From Eledone cirrhosa (Eukaryota): DNA of 64,000 nt. Positions within the stretch are counted from its first letter, which is position 1. Each line of letters opens with the position of its first letter. The stretch spans positions 360,406,001 through 360,470,000 of the forward strand of contig OZ024742.1 in NCBI GenBank assembly GCA_964016885.1, in the 5' to 3' direction. Shown here piece by piece: positions 30,803 to 45,255 of this stretch. The notes beneath the pieces were generated by a model. It was not told the DNA's origin, made no database searches, and saw nothing but the letters and a program-made list of their open reading frames with translations. Position numbers and translations under genes: made by a program.

Positions 30803-31400
30803 TTAGAATTGGTGCTCTGAAATAGCCATATATATATGAATGTATATATAGTGTATTTTGCAATACACTTTATGCTTAATTAAAAGCATTTTGAAGACCG
30901 TATGCTATTGTTTTAGAGTAGTGACAGACTCACTTACTTTAATTTCAGCAAACAGAGGGAGATGAGTCTGCCACTACTCTAAAACAGGGGGAGATGAGTC
31001 TGCCACTACTCATACGGTCTTCAAAATGCTTTTAATTAAGCATAAAGTGTATTGCAAAATACACTCTATATACATTCATATATATATGGCTATTTCAGAG
31101 CACCAATTCTAATTTTTTATTTCTGCTTGACCGGCAACCGCTCTGTATAATCAGTCCCTGATTATTTACTAGAATTCTATAAGAACATAAGATCCGTAAT
31201 TTCAGCAGATGGGAGGAGTAGTTGGCTTTGATAAGCATCAATAAATGCAGAAACAAGGCCTTGTCAGCTTTATCTCCCCCTGTTTGCTGAAATTAAAGTA
31301 AGTGAGTCTGTTACTACTCTGAAACAATAGCATACGGTCTTCAAAATGCTTTTAATTAAGCATAAAGTGTATTGCAAAATACACTATATATACATTCATA
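30797..31400. mobile_element. Retrozyme-like element with a 320-bp monomer and an inverted upstream arm
   Basis: catacggtcttc at 31011 and 31331; 30797-30904 is the inverse of 31011-31118; flanked by (TA)n. Confidence 0.75.
31224..31269 (+). ncRNA. Type I hammerhead ribozyme, U3-A8 core variant
   Basis: GGCU-UUGAUAA-GCAU-CAAUAA-AUGC-A-GAAA-CAAGGCCUUG-UC-AGCU; palindromic helix III ACAAGGCCUUGU. Confidence 0.7.
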
Positions 31401-31407
31401 TATATAT

Positions 31408-31456
<49 letters not shown>

Positions 31457-31659
31457 TGAGAAAAACCACAAACCCTCCATCTCAACTCTACTTTTGAAAA
31501 GCAGAAGAACTGCGAAACCGGTAAAGGAACCAAATAAATATATATATATATTTTTTTAAATAAGACTCCAGTTGCATTTTCGATTTCATCTGTTTTTCTT
31601 TATACTTTCACTCGTGTAGGACACCTCGGTTATTTTTCATTTTGTAAAAAAAACCTCAC

Positions 31660-31745
<86 letters not shown>

Positions 31746-31749
31746 TGTC

Positions 31750-31793
31750 TAACAAAGTTCTTTCGTTGCACATCTGCAACATCATCAGTGGTA
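31750..31793 (-). ncRNA. Type I hammerhead ribozyme
   Basis: Minus strand UACCA-CUGAUGA-U-GUUGCA-GAUG-UGCAAC-GAAA-GAAC-UU-UGUUA. A copy with a helix II deletion lies at ~25258-25293(-). Confidence 0.7.
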
Positions 31794-32077
31794 CTATTAT
31801 CATGTTTTCTCTTATTGTGTTGTAATGTCCACGCCATTTTTTTTTTTTTTTAGACTATATAGCCGGGTCTTGAAGTGAGAAAAACCACAGACCCTCCATC
31901 TCAACTCACCTTTTGAAAAGCAGAAGAACTGCGAAACCGGTAAAGGAACCAAATAAATATATATATTTAAAAAAAAAATAAGACTTCAGTTGCATTTTCG
32001 ATTTTATCTCTTTTTCTTTATACTTTCACTCGTGTAGGACACCTCGGTTATTTTTCATTTTGTAAAAAAAACCTCAC

Positions 32078-32134
<57 letters not shown>

Positions 32135-32328
32135 AACCAGTAAGACCCCGACAGCTGAGCTCAAGCCGTTTCGACGGCTAATTCTGGACTAATTAGAGAA
32201 TTAGCCGTCGAAACGGCTTGAGCTCAGCTGTCGGGGTCTTACTGGTTCCTATTACCCACTCTACTACCTCAAGTATTGAGTACTTTGGTGCGTTATGGTC
32301 CACCTGGTTCCTTACCACATTTCCTTCG

Positions 32329-32415
<87 letters not shown>

Positions 32416-32625
32416 TATTTTTGTCCGTTGGTCAATCAATGATAAACATTGATTGCCAAATAAACTAACTGTGGAGATATAGAAGATGCAGAAGCGAAAA
32501 CCAACCAAACAGTGAGTGTGTTCAGTTATTATTTCTGGCAATATTATTACAACAATATGACCCTCCTCAAGTATAACAATATTTGTTTCGACACACGATT
32601 TCATATCAAAAACCTTGCAAAACAA

Positions 32626-32768
<143 letters not shown>

Positions 32769-32907
32769 ACGAAGGAAATGTGGTAAGGAACCAGGTGGAC
32801 CATAACGCACCAAAGTACTCAATACTTAGGGTAGTAGAGTGGGTATTAGGAACGAGTAGGACCCCGACGGCTGAGCTCAAGCCGTTTCGACGGCTAATTC
32901 TGGACTA

Positions 32908-33405
32908 AATGAAAGAAATAACCTAAATAGCAGTGGAGAGCCGACCAGGAGGTGCAACTGTCCTGATGGATCCATTTGCCCCCTCGACAACAGATGCAGA
33001 GATCGTAATGTGATCTACCAGTGCAACGTGAGGACGGACACCTCCAACAAAGCTTATATAGGATTAACCGCATGTGACTTCAAGACCCGGCTATACCAAC
33101 ACAGACATACTTTCCGAAACCCGGCCCGGCGTCACGCCACCACACTTTCGGGCCACATCTGGGACCTCAAAGATAACAATATTACCTATGATCTCACTTG
33201 GAGCTTACTGTCCAGAGCCAACTCTTACACGGGAGGACGCCGTCCGTGCAATTTATGCTCGGAGGAAACTTTACAAATGCTGTTTTCGACGGACCAACTC
33301 CTAAACAAGAAAGACGAACTGGTAACTGCATGCAAACACAGATTGCGTAGGACTTACCTCGCCCTCAAACCCCATAATGACCGGGGGGGTAGACAAGGGC
33401 CGTAA
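32908..33405 (+). pseudogene. PLE GIY-YIG endonuclease domain (possibly Naiad-type)
   Basis: CNC..CPL..C..NVIYQC..YIGLT..FKTR..H..F..TTLSGHIWDLK..W..CNLC.E. The clade assignment is inference. Confidence 0.8.
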
Positions 33406-34527
33406 CACCCCACTTGCCGACTTTGTAATGGGTAACCCCCTGCTTGCAAAGGTAGACGTAAGATTTTTTTTATATCTTTTTATCGTTTCCTCTATATTTC
33501 CTTCTTCCCCCCCATCCCTTCCTAGTCCTTCCACCCCAGTCCTCCTTCTTTGTCGTCGTCCTTTTCACTTTCTCGCCCACCCCGAGGCAGCCCCTCGGTC
33601 CTTTGTAGCCTCAGTACCCCCACCCCCATCCCCTATTCTATGATAGAATTGGCCGACTCCCCTTTTTATAGCAGAGGTGATAGACCCCAGATACTTGCTT
33701 TCTTATCCGATGGCTGCCCCATTTCCGTGCTTTCTACATTTCTTAGTGGTATCTCTGCTTTAGTTTCTCGTATATCAGTATTTATTATTTTTTTGTGGGG
33801 TGGGGGTAGGGTGGGATGATTCTGAATTAATTTTCCGCATCAAATCTTTCATATACTTCGTACGAGCATTTATGTATCGTAACGGCACCCTTAGAGATAG
33901 TATTAGTATTCATTTTCAGGATTCTGAATTATTATTTCGTATTAGTTTATGTTTTGCACTGGGTAATTGCTGGCCTTGTGCCTAAAGTAGAAACAGTTGT
34001 TTCGTAATAGTTTCAGGTCTCTGAATTATTATTTCGTGGTAGTTTCTTTAGTATTTTGCCCCCCACTTGTTAACCTGTCACTGTAAGATATACTCGGTTG
34101 ATTACTACTAACTCATAAAATTGTCCCACTACAATTCCGTCCCACCTAGTAAACTTTTCTATAGTTTAGCAGTACCAGTGAGAGACTTGATGATTGTGGT
34201 TATGGAATAGTAACCAGAAATTGTTTTATTATATTTTTAACATTCTTGGTATTCTTCTATATATTTACTCCATATTGATTTACTTATTGTTTCGACTTCC
34301 TCCCCCTCTCCCTCCCTAGTATACTTTCTTGACCTCCTGCCCTTAGGATCCTGCTGTAGTTGGCACTATCAACGCACGACTGGGTTTCCTCCACTCCCTC
34401 TCCCTCTTTTTCTACTGGCAGGTTCAGCTACCCCTTCCTTCCACAAATTGCCATGATAGAATTATGTGTCTCAACAACAAACTTTTGACCAATCCTTGTG
34501 ACAATCACTTTTACCATATATGGAATT

Positions 34528-34623
34528 ACCCCCTGAGAAGCTCGGCTATTCATATACCAGGTTAAAAATGTTCATTTAGTCCAGAATTAGCCGTCGAAAC
34601 GGCTTGAGCTCAGCCGTCGGGGT
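34528..34623 (+). ncRNA. Type I hammerhead ribozyme with full helix III (core mutated, CUGAGAA)
   Basis: ACCCC-CUGAGAA-..CGGCUAUUC..GAAUUAGCCG-UC-GAAA-CGGCU-UGAGCUC-AGCCG-UC-GGGGU. Confidence 0.65.
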
Positions 34624-34639
34624 CCTACTCGTTCCTATA

Positions 34640-34792
34640 TATATGACTAGGAGTAGGAAGCTGTCATTCCCTGGCGTTATCTCTAGGGATACGGGAATCA
34701 GTAGACAGGACCTGGGGGCGGCGATGGGGGACAGTGAATTCTGGGGCATGAGAGTGAGATCCATCATCTCGACAGTAGTCGACGAATGATGA

Positions 34793-34797
<5 letters not shown>
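34640..34797 (+). pseudogene. RTE-type LINE extreme 3' end with (TGA)n tail
   Basis: ISRDTGISRQDLGAAMGDSEFW...DE* followed by gatgatgat. Confidence 0.6.
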
Positions 34798-34882
<85 letters not shown>

Positions 34883-34888
<6 letters not shown>

Positions 34889-35622
34889 GACGTAAAATAA
34901 GAAAATTATAATAATTAACTTACTTAAGTTTCACTTCAACTAATTAGTTTCTGAAAGAGGATATACATAGTGTTTAAAACTATGATAAATCCTTTCTTCA
35001 TCAGGGAGTCAATTCTCGGCTAAGATCCCTGGCGATAAGCAGACACAGGGAGCTCAAACAAAAATAATTCAGTGAATGGAAAGAAAGCAAGCGCGGACTA
35101 AATTTCAAGACACTGAAAATTTCACTGCCTTCTCGGTCAGTGGCAAATTCAAAAGAATCAATCACGTGACATCGAGCTTAATCAGTGAGGAGTGGGTGTT
35201 AAAAAGACAGTAGCCAAAATGTTACTATGAACCATAGCAGTAATTTAGGCAAATGTTTGTTCAACAAAATAATTTGGAGATAATTATAAAGAATTAGTAT
35301 ATCTACCAACATATTTATACAGATGTATACTTACGCTAGCAAGATATAGGTTTTGTCTTAGTAACTGTGTGGTTCAATACAAAAAATGTAGAACAATTAT
35401 ATGAAAGACGTAAAATAAGAAAATTATAATAATTAACTTACTTACTTAAGTTTCACTCCAACTAATTAGTTTCTGAAAGAGGATATACATAGTGTTCAAA
35501 ACTATGATAAATCCTTTCTTCATCAGGGAGTCAATTCTCGGCTAAGATCCCTGGCGATAGGCGGACACAGGGAGCTCAAACAAAAATAATTCAGTGAATG
35601 GAAAAAAATCAAGCGCGGACTA
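34883..35622 (-). mobile_element. Retrozyme-like family R1 subfamily, ~520-bp monomer with two same-strand HHRs
   Basis: atgaaagacg at 34883 and 35401; HHRs at 34933-35009(-) and 35455-35531(-). Confidence 0.8.
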
Positions 35623-36061
35623 TACATATATATATATATTAGAAAGTGAGATTTTTTTTTACAAAATGAAAAAGAACGAGGTGTCCTACACGAGTGAAAG
35701 TATAAGGAAAAAGATGAAATCGAAAATGCAACTGAAGTCTTTTTTTTTTTTTAAATATATTTATTTGGTTCCTTTACCGGTTTCGCAGTTCTTGTCCTTT
35801 TCAAAAGTAGAATTGAGATGGAGGGATTGTGATTATCTCAATTCTACTTTTGAAAAGCACAAGAACTGCGAAACCAGTAAAGGAACTAAATAAATATATT
35901 TAAAAAAAAAAAGATTCCAGTTGCATTTTCGATTTCATATTTTTTCCCTATATATATATTAACGAAGTTAAGGTATTAGCTATATTACTGTTTGCTTACT
36001 CAATGAGATATGGTATGTACTTTTTCAAAGAAAACCTGTCTCAGAGTGTTAACAAAAATGT

Positions 36062-36111
<50 letters not shown>

Positions 36112-36261
36112 ATACATATATATCACAGTCGATCGACTTTCGTCAAATCGGATCGAGGAAACAATGTTTCTATTGGTCTTTCCAATTGCTAATACTATCT
36201 ATCGGTCGCAACTCCAGGTAGAAGGAGCGACGTGAAATACAGTGTCTTGCTCAAGGACATA

Positions 36262-36438
36262 ATGTATTTCCCGGCGCCGAAGACGCTTTTTTCTCGAGGA
36301 CGCACCCTAATTTGTACATCCAAAAATTTGAAAAAAAAATAATAATGGAAAACGCAACCTTCGGCCTCCAGGACGAATGGTAGATTTTTGAGATTTATTT
36401 AAGGGGAAAAGTAGCGTCTTGAACGCCGGGAAATATGG
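36262..36438. mobile_element. Tc1/mariner(pogo)-like MITE
   Basis: TIRs tatttcccggcg..aagacgct / agcgtctt..cgccgggaaata; truncates a SINE. Confidence 0.65.
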
Positions 36439-36451
36439 TATATATATATAA

Positions 36452-36777
36452 GGGTAAAGAGCCCCTTCGGTCACGAATGACCATGGGATTTGTACCTAGA
36501 AAGTTCCCCTCCGAGTCACAAGTCCAGGTAAGGTTGTTTGTGGAAGAGCATCAGTCACCCATGTATACCAGTCTCCCCTCTCCACGCCACCGATGTTGTC
36601 CAAGGGAAAGGCAATGGCCAATACAGCTTGACACCAGTGACGTCACAACTCATTTCTACAGCTGAGTGAACTGGAGCAACGTGAAATAAAGTGTCTTGTT
36701 CAAGGAAACAACACATCACCCGGTCCGAGAATTGAACTCACAACCTTCGATTGCAAACCCAATGCTCTAACCACTAA

Positions 36778-36781
<4 letters not shown>
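36452..36781 (-). mobile_element. tRNA-derived SINE family B
   Basis: Near-identical to 13354-13686. Confidence 0.8.
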
Positions 36782-36844
<63 letters not shown>

Positions 36845-37339
36845 GTAATATTAACTGTTTCTACTCTTGGCACAAGGCCAGCAATTACCCCAGTGTATTA
36901 CAGGTACTTTATTTTATCGACCCCGTAAGGATGAAAGGCAAAGGGAACATCGGCGGGATTTGAACTCAGACCATAAAGGGGCGTAACTCTATACAGCAAA
37001 GCATGGCGTCCGACCTTCTATCGATACTGCCAATCCCCCAATAGTAATATTAACGAGAGTCAATTTTATACAGTTACCAGGTGTATTTTTTAGCTCAATG
37101 CAACGATAGGAACATACAGAGCTGTTATATAGTTACAGTTTGTTTACAAACCAAACAATTTAAGAATTTAAGGCATTCAATAACTGACAGTTGTTTCTAC
37201 CCCGGTTATGATACATTTAGAAATCATTTTATTTAACAATTTGCCATTAGTGAGTATAGACCGTGGATGTCATCAGAGTTTAATTAAAATATCGATACAA
37301 GTCGCTCAGGAAAAAAATTATAACAGATAATATATATAT

Positions 37340-37545
37340 ATCACCTATCAAAGGATCATGCTAAAGGCTTACAGTTAGAAATATAGTTAGAAACATCGGA
37401 GTCGGAAAAAATATGTTGTCAGTCGTGTTTTTTGTAGTGAATTAGAGTTTATAGTTCAAAATTCACTACAAAAAACAAATCTTATAATATATTTTTTCTG
37501 ACTCCGATGATTTCTAACTTAAACCTTCATCATAATCCTTTGATG

Positions 37546-37551
<6 letters not shown>
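37340..37551. repeat. Imperfect fold-back between TA tracts
   Basis: atcaaaggat..gttagaaa..ttttttgtagtgaatt / aattcactacaaaaaa..tttctaac..atcctttgat. Confidence 0.65.
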
Positions 37552-37583
<32 letters not shown>

Positions 37584-37789
37584 ATAATAATTGTTTATAC
37601 TTTTGGCACTAGGCCAGCAATTATCCCAGTGTATTACTGGTACTTTATTTTATCGACCCCGTAAGGATGAAAAGCAAAGTTAACCTCGGCGGGATTTGAA
37701 CTCAGTCCGTAAACGGACGTAACTGTCCTGCAAAGCATGGCGTCCGCCCCTCTACCGATACTGCCAATCCACCGCCCTAATAATAATAA

Positions 37790-39586
37790 TACATTCGACA
37801 TGGTACATCATTCTTGGATAACCAAAAGCCTAGAGATCTTCAAGGTGGCAGATAATATCAGACAGTTGTTGAGCAAAAGAATGAAGTCCTGGGAAACAGA
37901 ATTAATATCGGGTGGAGAATCCTTGGGAGGCGTGAAGATCAAGAGAGGCATCTTCCAGGAAGATAGTTTGTCCCCTCTGCTGTTTGTCCCTGCCCTGATA
38001 CCCCTGACCATTATACTGCGAAAAGTGAGAGCAGGATACAAGTTGGGAAAATGAGAGCTTACCATCAACCACCTACTCTTCATGGACGATCTTAAACTCT
38101 TTGGGAAGAATGAGAAGGAGTTGGGTGTACTTGTTGACACTTTCCGTATTTTCAGCAATGATATATGTATGGAATTTGTTATTAATAACTGTGGAGTCCT
38201 AGTGATGAAGAGGGTAAATTGAGCAGAAGCAACGGAATCCAGGTACCAACAGGTGAGATGATAAAGGAAATTGACACTGAAGAGGGATACAAATATTTAG
38301 GTGTTCTGGAGGCAGATGACATTAAGAACAAAAAAATGAAGAAATGTGTAAGATCTGAGTACATAAGCAGAGTAAGGAGCGTATTAAAATCAATTCTAAA
38401 TAGCAGGAATGTCATAAGTGCAGTAAATTCCCGAGCTGTGTCTATTATTAGGTACAGTGCGGGAATTCTGAAATGGAATGTTGCCGAACAAAAAGAAATG
38501 GATAGGAAGACTAGGAAGCTATTGACTATCTACAACATGTTCCACAAGAGGAGTGATGTCGATAGACTCTACTTAAGGAGATCTGAAGGTGGAAGAGGTC
38601 TTATCAGCATAGAGGAAGATGGAGAAAGACAACCTGCAAAAATATGTGACTGACAGTAGGGAGCCAATGCTCAAAATTATACTGAAGGAGAAGACAATAG
38701 ACCAGGGGATGTCCAAGGAGGAAATAACAACAAGGAGGAACAGCAACCTTCATGAAAAATCCCTTCATAGTACCTTCTTTAAGAAAACGGGATTTATAGA
38801 TCCACAGACATGGAACTAGTTAAAAAGAGGAGACCTTAAAAAAGCTACAGAAGGATTGTTAATGGCTGCGCAAGAGCAAGCCCTCAGAACGAAGTGGGTG
38901 AAACACCATATTGACAAGGAGGAGGCTAGCTCACTGTGTAGGATCGGTGGAGAGAGAGAGAGGAAACTGTGGCTCACATTGTATCCGAGTGTAAACACCT
39001 AGCCCAGACTCACTATAAGGGCTGGAGACATGATGTGATGGGCAGGGTGATCCACTGGCACCTATGCAAAGTAAACAATTTACCCCATTCTGAGAAGTGG
39101 TATGAGCATAAGCCAGAGTCGGTGATAGAAAACGATCTGGTGAAGGTGCTGTGGGATTTTAGGATACAGACGGACAAGAAACTAGAACACAATAGACCTG
39201 ACCTGGTGGTTTTGGACAGGGAAAAAAGATCGTGTCTGATTGTGGATGTAGCCTGTCCATTTGACACGAGAGTGCAAAAAAAGGAGAGGGATAAAATTAA
39301 CCGATACCAGGATTTAAAGTGGGAGTTAAAAAGGATTTGGAACTGTCATGAAGTCAAAGTGGTCCCGATTGTCATAGGCGCACTAGGTACTATCTCAAAA
39401 AGTTTCCAGGGATGGTTAAAGAAAATTGGCCCCGCCATGCTTTTTGGAACGCTTCAAAAGGCATGCTTGCTGGGAACAGCAAGAACACTCCGATACGTCC
39501 TGAATATCTGAGGCTGTAAATGTGCACAATGGCAAGACTAATTTAACAATGAAAATATAAACATATAAAATAATAATAATAATAAT
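37790..39586 (+). mobile_element. 5'-truncated R4/Dong-clade non-LTR retrotransposon (RT plus restriction-like endonuclease) in (TAA)n
   Basis: FDMVHH, RGIFQEDSLSPLLF, HLLFMDDLKL, YKYLGV, GGRGL, HIVSEC..RHD, VLWDFRIQTD..RPD..DVACP..K..Y. Contains frameshifts and stops; TAA repeats at both ends. Confidence 0.85.
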
Positions 39587-39728
39587 ATATGTAGTAATAA
39601 ACACAGTAAATTGTGTTTAAAATTATGAGAGTTGAGACACCGCGTTGGTTTGACAGATTTAACCTGAAGCAAACGGAAAATACAGGATAAAGAGTAAAAT
39701 GTACTGACCGTTTCAATTATTATTGATC

Positions 39729-39810
39729 TTCCGGACAGATTAGAGATTTAATCTGTTTCGCCCTGAGAATTGTGTTTGTAACAGATAATCCGTAGTCATC
39801 ATCAGCGAGA
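39729..39810 (-). ncRNA. Type I hammerhead ribozyme with an 8-bp helix III
   Basis: Minus strand UCUCG-CUGAUGA-U-GACU...GGGC-GAAA-CAGAUUA-AAUCUC-UAAUCUG-UC-CGGAA; helix II imperfect. Confidence 0.65.
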
Positions 39811-40192
39811 GATAAGATTAAATGTGACAAACACCTAAGGCTAAAAGCTACACGAATGAATATTTCACCTCGTGCGCGAGACGTCCAAAGTGGCGTGGGT
39901 GGATCGGCTAGAAATAATAGCCTAAATTCACTCAACTAATAAGCTCACCAAGTTAGGGAGCCAAAATTATATATATATATACATATATTATCTGCCCTAA
40001 TTTTTTTCCCGGGTGATTTATATCGGTATTTTAATTAAACTCTGATGACACCCATCACACTTTATTTCACATTGCTCCAGTCCGCTCAGGTGGAAAAAAT
40101 AAGTTCTACCTGTAATACAAGTGGTCAGTCTTCTCTCTCACATTGTGTCATGCTGAACACTCATCGTCGGAACCGACTGATGACCGACATAC

Positions 40193-40302
<110 letters not shown>

Positions 40303-40324
40303 TAAGTGTATGTGTGTGCCTAAA

Positions 40325-40769
40325 TATTCTCGGGTCTCGAATAATCGTCCGAATAATCGGGTCTCGAATAATCGTTCTACCACTTATTCACTTTTCAGAT
40401 CCATCACCCCTCACCACCAGCACCAGCACCCCCACCCCTACCCCCACCCCACGCTCTTATCCACCCTCCAATTAAATTTTGCTAATCTATCTCCGACGAA
40501 ATTTTATTTTAAGTGGTAGTATTCCGCAACAATTAATTTTCTTTTGACATTAAAAAAACCATTAAACATGACTAAAAAATATACATTACTAGAAATCCCA
40601 TATGTTATAAAATAAATAGGATGGTATCTCAATATGTAAACTAAACGACTAATTCTGGTTCTAAATGTTTTTTTAATCAACGGAGACAACCTAGAAAAAT
40701 TACCAATTTTACACCTCCTCCCTCTGTTTATTCCACCCCACCCCACCTATTATTTGGGACTCGAGAGTA
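40325..40769. mobile_element. Probable TIR MITE with TA ends
   Basis: Left tattctcgggtctcgaataatcg versus reverse complement of the right end tactctcgagtcccaaataatagg. Confidence 0.5.
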
Positions 40770-41107
40770 AATATATGTCGTATGACCATAACATATCATG
40801 CGATAGATCATCATCTCACTTTAGGTAAATTACAGAGGCAGTAAGCATAAAAGAATTAAAACCAAAATTAAATAGAAAATATGAGTGGAACAGCAACATC
40901 ACAACTTACAATTAAGGACAAAATGAAAACACACACACACATAGAGCAAACAACTTACAATTAAGGACAAAATGAAAACACACACAAAATGAAAACACAC
41001 ACAGGACAAAATGAAAACACACACACACATAGAACAAACAAACAACCAACAATAAAAAAATAAATAGAGCCATACGGACACCCGAAAACCACGATGAACT
41101 GAAGAAA

Positions 41108-42457
41108 ATGATTGCACATGCGGTAGGGGCCAGCATAAAATTAACCCTTAAGGAACATATGTTCAAATTTGATGGTAAAACATATGCCCAAGAGGAAGGA
41201 GCAGCCATTGGTGTTAGCATTGCAGGCGACATAGCTAACTTATTCATGGTATGGTGGGACAGTAGACTTAAACAAAAGCTTAATGAACAATTAGAAGACA
41301 GCTTAACCCTGATAATGTACTCCCGCTACGTAGATGATATAAACATCGCAGTTAAGACACCCCCACTAAAGAACGGTCAGGAACTAGAGAAAAACACAAT
41401 GGAAAGCATCCAGCAAATAGCAAACTCCATCCACCAGAGCATTAGAGTTACTATAGACTACCCAAGTAGACACCCCAACCATCGATTACCTGTACTAGAC
41501 ACAGAGCTCTGGTTAGATACCATTAACAACCAAAAACAAATCCTCCATTCCCATTATGCCAAACCCATGACTTCCAAACATCTGATCCACCGAAACTCAG
41601 CTGTTTCGGACCATACCAAAATCAACATACTGATTGCGGATTTGGTACGGGTGATGAGAAATGTGTCCCGCATGTGCAACCCCGAAGAACTAGAGAGACA
41701 CATACAACACTTCATCCACCGTATGCAGTTCTCTGGCTACAATCAGAGAGATAGAATCAGAGTGTATAAAGGAGCCAGAACCAAATGGGAAAAAATGGTA
41801 AATAATGACATAAATGGGACCTGCCCCTTGTATAGGAGCAAATTTTGGAATAGAATAGAAAGAACTAGGAACAAGGCCAATAGAATAAACTCATGGTATG
41901 ATAGCAATAAATACCAGAGTGTAATGTTCATCAATACAACCCCTAGAGGCGAACTAGCCTACAAATTTAGAAGGGCCCTAAATAAACATAATCTCAATAT
42001 TAAGATAGTAGAAAGACCTGGTACCTCCGTAAAAACACTTATTAGCAAGACATACCCGTTCCAAAGACCCTCATGTATAGATAAGAAATGTATAACCTGT
42101 AAAATAAGCCCCCATATTAACTGTAAAACTAGAAATGTAGTGTATAGCATAAGATGTACTGAAGGACAATGTAGAAACAAAAATATAGTGTACATAGGTG
42201 AGACAGCTCGTAGTATAGGGGAACGAATAAATGAACACTGGCGAGACCTCCAAGATAATAAAGAATCATCTGTGCTCTACCAACATGCTAAGATAGAACA
42301 CAGGGGTAGATTAGAGAGCATAGAAATAAAAATAGAATCCACACACAGAAAAGACGCAATGTTTAGGCAAATTACAGAGGCAGTAAGCATAAAAGAATTA
42401 AAACCAAAATTAAATAGAAAATATGAGTGGAACAGCAACATCACAACTTACAATTAA
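41108..42457 (+). CDS. PLE reverse transcriptase (motifs 4-7, thumb) plus GIY-YIG endonuclease, 5'-truncated open frame
   Basis: QEEGAAIG, YSRYVDD, LPVLD, QFSGY, CxxxxCxxC linker, NVVYSIRC..YIGET.R..ER..EH, R.ITEA..I..LKPKLN. Confidence 0.9.
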   Translation: MIAHAVGASIKLTLKEHMFKFDGKTYAQEEGAAIGVSIAGDIANLFMVWWDSRLKQKLNEQLEDSLTLIMYSRYVDDINIAVKTPPLKNGQELEKNTMESIQQIANSIHQSIRVTIDYPSRHPNHRLPVLDTELWLDTINNQKQILHSHYAKPMTSKHLIHRNSAVSDHTKINILIADLVRVMRNVSRMCNPEELERHIQHFIHRMQFSGYNQRDRIRVYKGARTKWEKMVNNDINGTCPLYRSKFWNRIERTRNKANRINSWYDSNKYQSVMFINTTPRGELAYKFRRALNKHNLNIKIVERPGTSVKTLISKTYPFQRPSCIDKKCITCKISPHINCKTRNVVYSIRCTEGQCRNKNIVYIGETARSIGERINEHWRDLQDNKESSVLYQHAKIEHRGRLESIEIKIESTHRKDAMFRQITEAVSIKELKPKLNRKYEWNSNITTYN

Positions 42458-42749
42458 GGACAAAATGAAAACACACACATAGAGCAAACAACTTACAATT
42501 AAGGACAAAATGAAAACACACACAAAATGAAAACACACACAGGACAAAATGAAAACACACACACACATAGAACAAACAACCAACGAACAATAAATAAATA
42601 AATAAATAAACAAATAGATAAATGAACACAAACACACACAGACACCCGGATGTGGCGCATGCGCAAACTGAGCACACAACACACACACAGAAACAAAATG
42701 GCGTAGGATAGAAGAAAGGAAAGGCACAGAAACGAAGAAAGGAATCCCA

Positions 42750-42794
42750 AGTCACTGAAGAGGTCACAGAGTGTGTGACGAAAGGACTATGACT
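42750..42794 (+). ncRNA. Type I hammerhead ribozyme in the PLE tail
   Basis: AGUCA-CUGAAGA-G-GUCAC-AGAGUGU-GUGAC-GAAA-GGAC-UA-UGACU. Confidence 0.85.
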
Positions 42795-43198
42795 ATATAT
42801 AAACAACTATCTGGTTGTGGAACCAACCAACCAACCAGAAATTTATAAGTTTGTAAATTTGTAAATTTATAAATTTATAAATATATAATAAATTGAAGTG
42901 AAAGCAACTGGTGCGTGTGTTTCTTATTGGCAACATGACCCTCTCAAAATATAACAATATATATATATATATTAATTTATTATAATAACAGATTGTAGTT
43001 TAAGCAAAGAATCGCTGCTTTCACTGCTTTCAGAAGATCCCGTTAAGGGTGAAAGCAGCGATTCTTTGCTTAAACTTTAATCTCTTATTTTAATAAATAT
43101 TTGCTCTACGGTTCTTATATATTTGACATATATTTATCCTTATCGAGCCCTCTTTGGTCTTTAGTCTTCAAATTTATTATTATTACTATATATATATA

Positions 43199-44820
<1,622 letters not shown>

Positions 44821-45255
44821 ATATATATATATATACACACACATCCATACATAAATATGCGAATACATTTATGTGTGTTTGTGTGTATGTGTGTACAGAT
44901 AAGTAGAGAGAGAAACACACACATCTACACACACACACACGCACACGCACATATATATATCGACTTTCGTCAAATCGGACCGAGGAAACAATGTTTGCAT
45001 TGGTCTTTCCAATTGTTAATACTATCTATTGGTCGCAACTCCAGGTAGAAGGAGCAACGTGAAATAAAGTGTCTTGCTCAAGGACATAACGCATCGCTTG
45101 GTCTGGGAATGGAACTCACAACCTCAAGATTGTGAATCCAGTTCTCTAACCACTCAGCCACATATATATGTAGGAGTTGAGTTTTATTGTAGTACAATAA
45201 AGCAATGCAGATATCGGATAAGAAGCACTCTACAGTTTGTAGGACTGGAGTATAC

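Larger units (their letters stand above)
32769..34636 (+). mobile_element. 5'-truncated Penelope-like element with an inverted 3'-end copy upstream
   Basis: 32769-32911 is the inverted 3' terminus. The GIY-YIG ORF is followed by a ~1.2-kb tail containing an HHR. Confidence 0.85.
40827..42958 (+). mobile_element. Penelope-like element with an upstream direct partial repeat (pseudo-LTR)
   Basis: 40827-41080 duplicates ~42369-42650. The ORF is followed by an HHR-containing tail ending at (TA)n. Confidence 0.85.
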
